A stretch of DNA of 28,131 nucleotides from an uncultured Verrucomicrobiota bacterium. Lineage in GTDB: Bacteria; Verrucomicrobiota; Kiritimatiellia; CAIKKV01; CAITUY01. Shown in pieces: positions 1-8,020 of this stretch. Location: assembly GCA_964609375.1 (NCBI GenBank), contig CAZSSA010000026.1, positions 1 to 28,131 on the forward strand, in the 5' to 3' direction. The position numbers and the translations under genes are program-made. Position 1 is the stretch's first letter. The number at the start of each line of letters is the position of its first letter. The notes under the pieces were generated by a model. The model was not told the DNA's origin, searched no databases, and worked only from the letters and a program-made list of their open reading frames with translations.

Positions 1-73
1 CGAGCGGTGCGATTTTCATAAAGTTCGGGCGCGCGCCGACGACAGACATGATTTTAAGTTTTGTGGCCCCCAT
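1..73 (-). CDS. UDP-N-acetylglucosamine 2-epimerase-like protein, N-terminal fragment; the gene continues beyond the window start
   Basis: The reverse complement of 1..73 translates to MGATKLKIMSVVGARPNFMKIAPL. This matches the conserved N-terminus of non-hydrolysing UDP-GlcNAc 2-epimerases (KIMTVFGTRPEAIKMAPL). The frame is open to the window edge. An alternative start is the ATG at 49. Confidence 0.45.
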   Translation of the reverse strand, partial: MGATKLKIMSVVGARPNFMKIAPL

Positions 74-123
74 AGGACGAGTTTTATACTCCACGGGAGG
101 GTGGTTGTCGAGTATTCGGGCGG

Positions 124-1143
124 TTAATGGTGGTCGAAGATGGAGTCGGCCAGACGGGTCCCCGCTTCGGTGCCGATGCCGCCGGTGAAGGCGCCTGTGG
201 CGGCGCCGATGGTGGCGCTCAGGACGCCCTTCAGTTTGTTGCCCCAACTGTTCTTGCGTTGTTCAAGCGCCTCGGTTTCCGTGGAGGCGAGTTTATCCGC
301 CTGGCGCTTGATGGCCTCGGCTTCGACTTGAGCGGCGGCGGTCTTCTTGGAGGCGAAATCCCGTTCGGCGGCATCCCGCTCCGAAGCGACCTGCTGCATG
401 CCGGCTTGGGCCTCATCGACGGCACGCTGGCGGCGGTCCTGATGGGATTGCGAAAAGGCGTCAAGCGCTGCCGGTGTCTCTGTGGGTTCGGCTGTGAATG
501 AGCCTGTCTCCGCTTCGGCATCGCGGAGTGAGTTGAGGCGGGAGGGTGTTGGTGGAACGGATTGGGCCGGTGTGGCGGCTACCATTTTTGAATGGCGGCC
601 AAGCCAGCCTGCCAGCGGGGGAGCGTTGGTGTTTTTAGCGGAGACGTCCAGCCATGTCTGGATTTCGCCCAACAAGGAGGCGCCGGCCTCCATATCGGTT
701 TTCAGCCATCCATCGGTGACCATGCGGTGAAATTCGCCGTAGGTGGTCGGGAGCGGACTGGTCAGGCCGGCCTCTCTTGCCAGATTTCTAAGATAAGCAA
801 TATCACGGGCCTGTTCTGCGGTGGTATAGGTGGCCACGAAGGACTGGAAGCGCCCGCGGGCCGATTCTCCGAACTGCTGTTCCAGAGCGGTGCGTAGCCG
901 CTTGACCAGGTCGCCTGTCCATTGGGAGGCGGCTTCGCCCACCTGGGGGCGGAGCGCGGGTGGAGCCTCGGCGGCGAGGCCGGCGGCCTGGGTAGGAATC
1001 TGCTGACTCAACACATAGCGGAAATAGGAGGAAACGAGGATCTGGTTATCCTGCACACTGGCGGCGAAGCACGTGTGAGATCCAGGGCCAGTGAGCAGAC
1101 CCATAGCCAGGGCGATGCTTGGCATAACCGTTGCGAATTTCAT
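124..1143 (-). CDS. secreted hypothetical protein with an N-terminal signal peptide, C-terminal coiled coil and glycine-zipper tail; last gene of the five-gene operon
   Basis: 339-aa ORF. The signal-like N-terminus is MKFATVMPSIALAMGLLTG. A charged Ala/Glu/Gln-rich helical segment is followed by GAATGAFTGGIGTEAG (GxxxG repeats). The ATG at 1143 overlaps the stop of the upstream gene (ATGA at 1140-1143). No family was recognised. Confidence 0.55.
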   Translation of the reverse strand: MKFATVMPSIALAMGLLTGPGSHTCFAASVQDNQILVSSYFRYVLSQQIPTQAAGLAAEAPPALRPQVGEAASQWTGDLVKRLRTALEQQFGESARGRFQSFVATYTTAEQARDIAYLRNLAREAGLTSPLPTTYGEFHRMVTDGWLKTDMEAGASLLGEIQTWLDVSAKNTNAPPLAGWLGRHSKMVAATPAQSVPPTPSRLNSLRDAEAETGSFTAEPTETPAALDAFSQSHQDRRQRAVDEAQAGMQQVASERDAAERDFASKKTAAAQVEAEAIKRQADKLASTETEALEQRKNSWGNKLKGVLSATIGAATGAFTGGIGTEAGTRLADSIFDHH

Positions 1144-1985
1144 TGGGGTTTCTCCACGATTGTAACCTTGAGGTTGATTTTCCCGGGGGTAATTTCCAGA
1201 ACTTGCATCTTGAGCCCATCGGGGGGATTCAGGACGAGTTTTTCTGAGAGTTCTTCGGCGGAAATCAGTGATTCCAGGTTAAACAGAGCCAGGCCGGCTG
1301 AGTATTGTTTCTGCGTGGAGGTCTGGATGGACTCGGACATCCCGCGCAGGCGGTCGCGAATGGCTTTGAGTTTCCAGAGCTGATCCACGCCGCCGATGGT
1401 CAATTCCACTGGAACCGCCTTGCCGGCGGCTGACGGGGCGGTCTTTTCCGTCCACGCCTTGAGCATGGAAGGAATTAGGACGGCGAGGCATTTTTGTCCA
1501 CAGGCCTTCAAGGCTTTGGAACTGCCGGCGACGTCGTCGAGGCCGACGATGGAGGCGTCCTCGGAGGAGGCGGCGATGGTGGCCGAGTTGTCGGTGCGGA
1601 CGGCACGGAGGGTGGTGACGGCCTGATAGGTTCGGAGATTGCTGTCGCCGATGCGGCGCGCGGAGGGTTTGGCGACGGCCTCGCCGATGATAATGACGTC
1701 AGCGCCGAATTGCTGACCGAGGGCGGAGGCGCCGCGGTTGTCCCCGGCGTTGCGGAGGGATTGCTGGGTTTTTTGAAGGTTGGACTTGATCATATCCTGA
1801 TCAACGACATTGACCTGTTGATCCAGGAGCAGGCGGGTGGCCAGCGCCTCCACTTCGGCGGTGGGGATGGTGCCGAGGCTTTTTTCGTCGATCAGGAGCA
1901 TGACCTTGGGTGTGTCGGCCATGGTGGTGCCAGCCAGAAGAGAGAGGCTGGCCAAGAAGCGATAAAAGGTTTGTCGTGATGTCAT
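1140..1985 (-). CDS. periplasmic protein with a CsgG/TolB-N/LPP20-like fold (inference)
   Basis: 281 aa with signal peptide MTSRQTFYRFLASLSLLAGTTMA. The segment VMLLIDEKSLGTIPTAEVEALATRLLLDQQVNVVDQDMIKSNLQ...GADVIIIGEAVAKP...RTYQAVTTLRAVRTDNSATIAASS matches the repeat pattern of the CsgG/LPP20/TolB-N/FlgT superfamily. ATGA overlaps occur at both ends (1982-1985 and 1140-1143). Confidence 0.55.
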   Translation of the reverse strand: MTSRQTFYRFLASLSLLAGTTMADTPKVMLLIDEKSLGTIPTAEVEALATRLLLDQQVNVVDQDMIKSNLQKTQQSLRNAGDNRGASALGQQFGADVIIIGEAVAKPSARRIGDSNLRTYQAVTTLRAVRTDNSATIAASSEDASIVGLDDVAGSSKALKACGQKCLAVLIPSMLKAWTEKTAPSAAGKAVPVELTIGGVDQLWKLKAIRDRLRGMSESIQTSTQKQYSAGLALFNLESLISAEELSEKLVLNPPDGLKMQVLEITPGKINLKVTIVEKPQ

Positions 1986-2272
1986 CGTTTTGCCTCCAGT
2001 CGTTTCACTCGTGAGTCGAGTTGATCAAGATCGCGTTCCAGGGTTGCTATTTTCTTTTCGAGATTTTGCAGCCGACGCTCGACGCTGTTCATGGCGGTGG
2101 GGGTTTGTAACGGGCGTCCAAGCCGGGTTTCCAGTTCCCCTGTGCGTTTTTCCAGTTTATCCAGGCGGGGGATGGTGGTGTCGGTGGTGACGGGCTCCAG
2201 TTCCTGGGCGACGACGGGCAGGGTCAGCAGAGCGGCCAGGATGAAGAGAAGCGGTGTTTTTTGTCGTTTCAT
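1982..2272 (-). CDS. small secreted coiled-coil protein
   Basis: 96 aa. Signal peptide MKRQKTPLLFILAALLTLPVVAQE, followed by heptad-like LDKLEKRTGELETRL...LQNLEKKIATLERDLDQLDSRVKRLEAKR. The start overlaps the stop of the giant upstream ORF (TAATG at 2270-2274). The stop overlaps the next gene's start (ATGA). Confidence 0.5.
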   Translation of the reverse strand: MKRQKTPLLFILAALLTLPVVAQELEPVTTDTTIPRLDKLEKRTGELETRLGRPLQTPTAMNSVERRLQNLEKKIATLERDLDQLDSRVKRLEAKR

Positions 2273-5200
2273 TATTGATCTCCTGCGGCGGCAGCCGCCG
2301 CTGCCGCCCGTTCCGAGCAGACTTTACAGACAATGCTACCGGTGGGTTTGTTGGCTTCGGAGCCCTGATACAGGATGGAACCGCAGCCTGTGCAGCGGAT
2401 GCGGATGCAGTTCGGGCATGGGGATGACTGTTGGTCGCGACGTGCATAACCGGTGGCACCGCAGAGGCTGCAGGTGGTGGTGTAACACATGGGGCAGCTT
2501 TCCGGTTCCTGGCCGCGCGGATAATTTTTGGAGTAACTACAGCGGGGGCAGGTCAGGGAAACGCAGTTCGGACATTCGACGCCCTGGCCGGCGATGCCCT
2601 TAAAGGTTTTTCCGCAGCCGGGACATGTGACCATGGGGCCCCCGCCGGCGCCATCCCCGCCATTTCCATCGTCCCCTTTTCCGCTGCCCTTGTTCTTCGA
2701 TGAGCCCCCTGATTTTGTCACCTTGGGCCCCCCGCTGCCTGTACCGCCGGACTTTGGATTTCCGCCGGAGCCGGGGGCCGTGACATTGGCGCTGCCATTG
2801 GCCTTGCCGCCATCGGGAGACGATGATTTATTGTTGTCGAAGATAATCCCGGTTGTCTTGTCGGCGGCGGCGGCTCCGACGGCTTTGCCTGCGGCTGTGG
2901 CCCCGGCGGTCAGTCCTTCGGCGACGGCGTCGCCAACCTTGGTGCCAAGGGATTCCTTTCGGTCACCGGCGGCGACCTGCTTGCTGGTTTGATTTTGTTT
3001 ATCCCCGGCTTCCTGGCCGGCCTGGTCGACTTTGCCCTTGGCGTCGCGGGCTTCCTGGTCGCCGGCGGTGGAGCCTTGGGACACCTGATTATTGGCTTCC
3101 ATGTTACCCATGGCGTCGCGGGTTTTATCTGCGGATTTCTGATTACGGGTGCCGGTCAGCTTGTTGAGGGCGGAACCGTTGGGGTTCTGATTATCACCGT
3201 CCTCGTGACGGGAATCGTCTCCTTTCCCTTCGGCGTCCTTCAGGCGTTTTTTTTCGTTCAGGTTGGAGACCAGATCATGGAGGGGGGCTGAGTTTCCCTT
3301 GGCGAGGGCATCGGCGGCGTGGCGGGCTCCGGCATCGGAGGCGCCACGGGCGCGGAGTTTGTTGTAGATATCCTCGGCATTTCCCTTGGCGATCTTGTCG
3401 GCGTCGGTGGCGTTCTGTTCGTTTTTCTGTTTATCCTTCCAGTTGTCGTAGGCTTCCTTTTTCTGGCCGACGAGTTCATCGACGACGCCCTTTTCGGTGA
3501 GGCCGGCGCCGATTTCCGCTGTGTCCTTGACGGCGTCCTTGACGAAGGTTCCGGCGCGAACCCCGCCGTGAACGATGCCTTTGCCGAGGTCAACGGTGCG
3601 GTCGATGGCGGAGTCGTCACCGGAGACGGTCTCGATTTTTGGTTTCTCGGGAAGCTTGTCGCCCTTTGGGTCGCGGATCCCCTTGGATTTTTGCTCGTTC
3701 AAACGGTCCTCATAGCCCTGGGTGTTACCGGAGGAGTAGTCCTTGGCGAGTTTCCCGGCTTCGGCGGGATCCACGCCCATGCGGCGGAGCTTATTCTCGA
3801 GCTGGGTCTGGTAGGCCTGCTGATTCATTTTGTTGGCCTGATCGGTATCCTTGCTGGCCCCGGCGTAGTCGGAGCCTTTGTTGCGGACATCACCGGTCAT
3901 GCCGTCAAATTGCTGGAGGGCTTTTTTCTTGGCCTCGTCGGCGGGATCGTCGGCCGTGAGGATTTCCTTGATGTCCTGGGCGGTGTTCATGATTTGCATT
4001 CCGGTCATGGCGGTACCGGCAGCGGCCTTGATCTTGGCGCCGCGAGTGGTTGGGGTGGTGCCGGCCTTGGGAGCGCCACCCGGGCCATCGGCATCGGGGG
4101 ACGGGCGGACACCCGGACCATCGGCGTCGGCAGTGGGGCCCTTGTTCAATTTGTCGCGTGTGGTTTTGTTTTGTTCGGCGGTGGCCGCGTTGCCTTCCTT
4201 GACCTTACTGACGCGATCCTCGATGGCCTCGGAGGTGGTTGGCTGGTCGCCGTAGTTGGCTTTTTTCTTGGCATCGGCCCATGCTTTATCGCCTGCATTT
4301 TCGGTTATTTTTGCCTGATCGGCGATCTGCTGGCGAGTTTTTTGGGTTTTAGCCCCCTGTTCGACGCCAGCCTCCTTGATTTTTCCCATTTCGGTGTCGG
4401 CGGTCTTTTGCCAATCCTGTATTTTTTTCTGGCGGACTTCCGGGGTGTCGCCGAGATCCGAGATACCTGCGGTGACGTCATCGCCATAGTTCTTCAGTTT
4501 CTTGGCTTGATCGTAGAATTCCGGATTCTGCTTGGCGACGCCGGTGGCCTCGCCGGCCTTGGTGACGGCTTTGGCCTGATCCTTGATGTTGCCTCGTTTT
4601 TGGCCGTCGAGGTATTTCTTCTCGTGGTCGAGGGTCATGCCCTCGGCATCGGTGATGCCCCCGGCCTTATCGCCGACGGACTTGCGGCCGCCAGCGGTTC
4701 CGACGGCGTCAGGGTCCTGGATCTTGGCCTTGTCGTGCTGGCCCTTGGGGTCGTTTTTCCACATGGTTTCATCGGTGGTTTCGTTGACCACCTTGTGCCC
4801 CTTGTCGACGACCTTATCGCCGCGGTTTTGCCATTCGCCCTTTTTCTTGTCGAAGGCGGCATCGGAGTCGGGGGTCAAGTCGCCGTCGGAACGGACGTCT
4901 TTCTGGGCGCTGCCTGTGCTTTTGACGCCGCTCTTTTTGTCCATGTTGTTGTATTCCGAGACTCGGGGATCCTGAGCGGTGTATTTTTCGCGGACCTGAG
5001 TATGCTTCTGGGTGTATTCCTGTTTAAGTTTCTGGTACTCGGGGCTGTTTTTGTTGATGGAGCCGTCGGGATTCTTCGGGGCTTCCTTGCGGGCACGCTG
5101 GTCGTATGTGTTGCGGAGGTCGTCGAGTTCGGCCTGTTGCTGGTTGCGGAGATTGCCGAGGGTGGAGTTTTCCCCGGGGGTGGTCGAGGGGGCTTCATTC

Positions 5201-5625
5201 CTGCCGCTACTTGAATTCAGGAGGATGGTGCCGCCGATGCCTACAGCGGGATTAAGCGGTTCGTTATTGCTTTCCGGGGGCAGGGAGGAGTTGTTGTCGA
5301 GGCTCCGATTGGAGTCTCGATGAATGGCGGAGCCGGCGTTTTCATCGAGGGGGCGGTCGGTGGCGGAGGGGAGACGGCTGGCTTTATCCAGTGGCCGGTA
5401 GGATTGTTGTTGGATCGGCGAGCCGCTGTTGGCGTCGTTGTCGAGATTCCGGCTGGAGTTTTCATCGAGGGGGCGTGCGGTGGTGGAGGGGAGCCGGCTG
5501 GCTTTATCCAGCGGCTTGTAGGATTGCTGTTTGATTTGTGCGCCTGAGGGCAAGGGTGCGGTCAGGAGTGCCAGGGCGGCGAGGAGGTGGATCGACGGGG
5601 TGTGATGGCGAACAAAGCGTTTCAT
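2272..5625 (-). CDS. giant secreted low-complexity (Lys/Asp/Glu/Gly/Ala/Thr-rich) protein with N-terminal tandem repeats and a C-terminal cluster of eight CxxC zinc-ribbon motifs
   Basis: The ORF is open from 5799, but the likely start is the ATG at 5625. That ATG is preceded by GGAG with a 6-nt spacing, and it gives the signal peptide MKRFVRHHTPSIHLLAALALLTAPLPSGAQ. The protein has two ~40-aa repeats (QQSYKPLDKASRLPST..RPLDEN), then about 900 aa of charged, hydrophobic-poor sequence. The C-terminus reads CPGC..CPNC..CPRC..CPMC..CSLC..CPNC..CTGC..CKVC followed by poly-Ala. It lies 26 bp downstream of the lipoprotein gene. Confidence 0.7.
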   Translation of the reverse strand: MKRFVRHHTPSIHLLAALALLTAPLPSGAQIKQQSYKPLDKASRLPSTTARPLDENSSRNLDNDANSGSPIQQQSYRPLDKASRLPSATDRPLDENAGSAIHRDSNRSLDNNSSLPPESNNEPLNPAVGIGGTILLNSSSGRNEAPSTTPGENSTLGNLRNQQQAELDDLRNTYDQRARKEAPKNPDGSINKNSPEYQKLKQEYTQKHTQVREKYTAQDPRVSEYNNMDKKSGVKSTGSAQKDVRSDGDLTPDSDAAFDKKKGEWQNRGDKVVDKGHKVVNETTDETMWKNDPKGQHDKAKIQDPDAVGTAGGRKSVGDKAGGITDAEGMTLDHEKKYLDGQKRGNIKDQAKAVTKAGEATGVAKQNPEFYDQAKKLKNYGDDVTAGISDLGDTPEVRQKKIQDWQKTADTEMGKIKEAGVEQGAKTQKTRQQIADQAKITENAGDKAWADAKKKANYGDQPTTSEAIEDRVSKVKEGNAATAEQNKTTRDKLNKGPTADADGPGVRPSPDADGPGGAPKAGTTPTTRGAKIKAAAGTAMTGMQIMNTAQDIKEILTADDPADEAKKKALQQFDGMTGDVRNKGSDYAGASKDTDQANKMNQQAYQTQLENKLRRMGVDPAEAGKLAKDYSSGNTQGYEDRLNEQKSKGIRDPKGDKLPEKPKIETVSGDDSAIDRTVDLGKGIVHGGVRAGTFVKDAVKDTAEIGAGLTEKGVVDELVGQKKEAYDNWKDKQKNEQNATDADKIAKGNAEDIYNKLRARGASDAGARHAADALAKGNSAPLHDLVSNLNEKKRLKDAEGKGDDSRHEDGDNQNPNGSALNKLTGTRNQKSADKTRDAMGNMEANNQVSQGSTAGDQEARDAKGKVDQAGQEAGDKQNQTSKQVAAGDRKESLGTKVGDAVAEGLTAGATAAGKAVGAAAADKTTGIIFDNNKSSSPDGGKANGSANVTAPGSGGNPKSGGTGSGGPKVTKSGGSSKNKGSGKGDDGNGGDGAGGGPMVTCPGCGKTFKGIAGQGVECPNCVSLTCPRCSYSKNYPRGQEPESCPMCYTTTCSLCGATGYARRDQQSSPCPNCIRIRCTGCGSILYQGSEANKPTGSIVCKVCSERAAAAAAAAGDQ
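5287..5530. repeat. two ~120-bp tandem direct repeats, imperfect (roughly 85% identical), inside the 5' part of the giant gene
   Basis: The unit ...ttttcatcgagggggcg(g/t)(t/g)cggtgg(c/t)ggaggggag(a/c)cggctggctttatccag(t/c)ggc... appears starting at ~5337 and again at ~5458. It encodes the duplicated peptide QQSY(K/R)PLDKASRLPS(T/A)T(A/D)RPLDEN. Confidence 0.6.
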
Positions 5626-5650
5626 AAGCGTCTCCGAATGGGATGTTGAA

Positions 5651-7834
5651 TTAACGGCGTATTTCCAGCGGTTCGCTGCGCTGACTTTCGAGACCGTCGA
5701 CATCGATGGATGATATTTGAACGTTGAGTTTCGCGCCCACATTGGTTGCGTGCAGGGCGAATTCCGTTCCATCGGTATTGCCGAGCGAGGCGGCTCCAAG
5801 TCCCAGAACCCCTTTTTTCCATACCCGATACTGTTTGATGTCAGGTTGAGGCGGGGCGTTCCATGACAGCAGCGCCTGATTGTCGTTCCATGTGACTTTC
5901 ATGCCAGTTGGCGGGTGGGGGGCGGGCTTGGTGGCGCCTTGGACGGGGGTTGTCCATTCGCTCTCCAGGCGATCACCATCCAGGGCCTTGAGGCGGTATT
6001 CATAGGTCTTGCCGTCCGCCAGCCCTTCCTGAGTGGTTTCGACGGTCATGTCGCCCGAGGAGTCCACGCGGGCGATTTCATGGAACCGCCAGGCGCCGGT
6101 TTCGCGTCCTTCGACAATGTATTTCCTGATATCGGGTTCGGTGTTGGAGTTCCACTGCAGACGGATTTTGCGTGCGATGCCCCGTCCAACGGAAAGTCCG
6201 GCGGGGGGGCGGGGGGCGGGTTTTGTGGTGACGGTGACTTCCTGGCCGGGGCTTGAGCGGGTGTCGCCGAGATTGATCGCGGTGATTTGATAGCGATACA
6301 GGGTCCCGTCCTTCAGGTTGCCCAGATCGGCGGCATTCCGTACGCCGCCCCGATCCAGCCATGTGGTGCGGTTGCGGTCATGGAGGGTTTCGATTTCCGA
6401 GAAGGAGCCGTTGGCGCCTTCGGCGCGGGAGATGACGTAGCGATCCACTTTTTCATCGGCGGAGGCATTCCAGGAAAGGGGGACTTCGCGGGGGCGGGCG
6501 TCTTCGGCTTTCAGGCCGGAGACCATGGGCGGGGGAGAGCGGGTGGTGGCGGCAACGGCGGGGATGTCATCGCTGACGGCGCCGACTTCGTTCACGGCGC
6601 GGATCCGGTAGTGGTAGGTTTTGCCATCCTTGAGCTTACCCGGCTCGCGGCCGCCATCGGTAAAGGAGGTGGTGGCGGGGCCGCGGACGGACTCCACTTC
6701 GGTAAAGGGGCCTTCGTCCGACTCGGCACGGAGGATAACGTAGCGGATGATGCCGGGATCGGTGCTAGCGGTCCAGTTCAGGGGGACAATGCGAATCCAT
6801 TCACTTTCTGCAGTAAGACCGGCGACCGGGGATGGTGGAGGGGCTGTCATGGTTTCATGGATGACTGTGTAATCGCTTTGCAGGCCGGATTCGGCGATGG
6901 CGGCCATGCGATAGTAATAGGTGCTGCTGTCCTTGAGGGGGAGTGTGGAGCCTTTATCTATGAATGTGCGGCGGGAAGGGGCGACTTCGGCGATGGAGAT
7001 GAAGGTGCCGTTGCGGTTATCGGCGCGCTCGATACGATAACGCGAGGCGGTGGCATCGGCCGGGGCGTTCCAAGAAATCGTGGTCTGACGTAAGCCCATA
7101 TCCGACACCTTGAACCCGGACGGGGGAGGAGGGGGGAGGAGGCGCGGGGCTGGAGACGAAACGGCGGCCGACGGTGCGGGCGCCGGAAGGGCAGGAGAGG
7201 AGAGGGGTGATGGGCTGGCGGATACGGGCGCCCGCAGCGGGGAGGCCTTGATGCATTTCCATTTCTGATACAAGCCGGCGGCCATACTGTGGACCACGAT
7301 GCGTGCCTGTTCCGGGAGGGTGACATCGCTGTTATCCGCCCGCTTGGCGAGATCCACGCTGCACAGGACGCGGCCGCTTTTGCAGTCGATCATGCGCACG
7401 GAGACGCCCACGACGGGGATGGCGTTGCCGCGGCGGGCGATGGTGTTGTATTCATCCACGGTTCCGACCAGCACGGCGTCGGCACCCAGCATATTGCCCA
7501 CTTCGGCGGCCTTGCTTTCCGACAAGCCGGCGAGGGCGAGTTCGGATTCGCCCAGAACGTTGGCCATCTGACTGCGTTCGACGAGGTGGAACCGGTTCAT
7601 GTGCAGGAGTTCGGTGACGAACATATCGGAAACGGAGGTGCCGATGAGTTCAGTGGGCGCCTTGAACGGCATGATGGCCACTTTTTCCACGGGTGAGCCG
7701 GTGGGCGCCACATAAACGTTTGTTTTTGGATCGACGTTTTTAAAGTAGGACTCAAGGTTGTCGGTGGCGCAACCTGCCAGGTAAACAGCCGAGGCGATGC
7801 CGGTGGACAGTAAGAAAGCCCTATAAAACCGCAT
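5651..7834 (-). CDS. outer-membrane lipoprotein with an N-terminal CsgG-like domain followed by a Pro-rich linker and five fibronectin type III (FN3) repeats; first gene of the operon
   Basis: 727 aa. Lipobox LAGC (MRFYRAFLLSTGIASAVYLAGCATDN). The segment VAIMPFKAPTELIGTSVSDMFVTELLHMNRFHLVERSQMANVLGESELALAGLSESKAAEVGNMLGADAVLVGTVDEY matches the CsgG family signature closely. Five ~95-aa repeats of the type xxSWNAxxDxxxxRYxIxRAE..G.F..I, ending in Y.YR..A, are FN3-like. A good RBS (AAGGAAGGAG) precedes the ATG at 7834. Confidence 0.75.
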   Translation of the reverse strand: MRFYRAFLLSTGIASAVYLAGCATDNLESYFKNVDPKTNVYVAPTGSPVEKVAIMPFKAPTELIGTSVSDMFVTELLHMNRFHLVERSQMANVLGESELALAGLSESKAAEVGNMLGADAVLVGTVDEYNTIARRGNAIPVVGVSVRMIDCKSGRVLCSVDLAKRADNSDVTLPEQARIVVHSMAAGLYQKWKCIKASPLRAPVSASPSPLSSPALPAPAPSAAVSSPAPRLLPPPPPSGFKVSDMGLRQTTISWNAPADATASRYRIERADNRNGTFISIAEVAPSRRTFIDKGSTLPLKDSSTYYYRMAAIAESGLQSDYTVIHETMTAPPPSPVAGLTAESEWIRIVPLNWTASTDPGIIRYVILRAESDEGPFTEVESVRGPATTSFTDGGREPGKLKDGKTYHYRIRAVNEVGAVSDDIPAVAATTRSPPPMVSGLKAEDARPREVPLSWNASADEKVDRYVISRAEGANGSFSEIETLHDRNRTTWLDRGGVRNAADLGNLKDGTLYRYQITAINLGDTRSSPGQEVTVTTKPAPRPPAGLSVGRGIARKIRLQWNSNTEPDIRKYIVEGRETGAWRFHEIARVDSSGDMTVETTQEGLADGKTYEYRLKALDGDRLESEWTTPVQGATKPAPHPPTGMKVTWNDNQALLSWNAPPQPDIKQYRVWKKGVLGLGAASLGNTDGTEFALHATNVGAKLNVQISSIDVDGLESQRSEPLEIRR

Positions 7835-8020
7835 GAGTCAAACTCCTTCCTTTTCCTGTGGGAGCCCCCTGCGGGTGATAGCAGAGGCCGCCAAAATTAT
7901 GGGTTAAGATAGCATGAGTCGGTGTGTGGCGGTAGCGGAAAAGGACGGATTCCGTAGGGGTATCTGCCGCCGGGAGGGAGGGGGGGTAGGGTTCAGGGTT
8001 CAGGGTTCAGGTTTTGTGGG

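Noticed and set aside
3319-5214. 631-aa plus-strand ORF (Gly/Val/Leu/Ala-rich)
   Set aside because: It lies entirely antisense to the giant K/D/E-rich gene. Its composition is simply the complement of a GC-rich, codon-biased low-complexity region, and no motifs are present.
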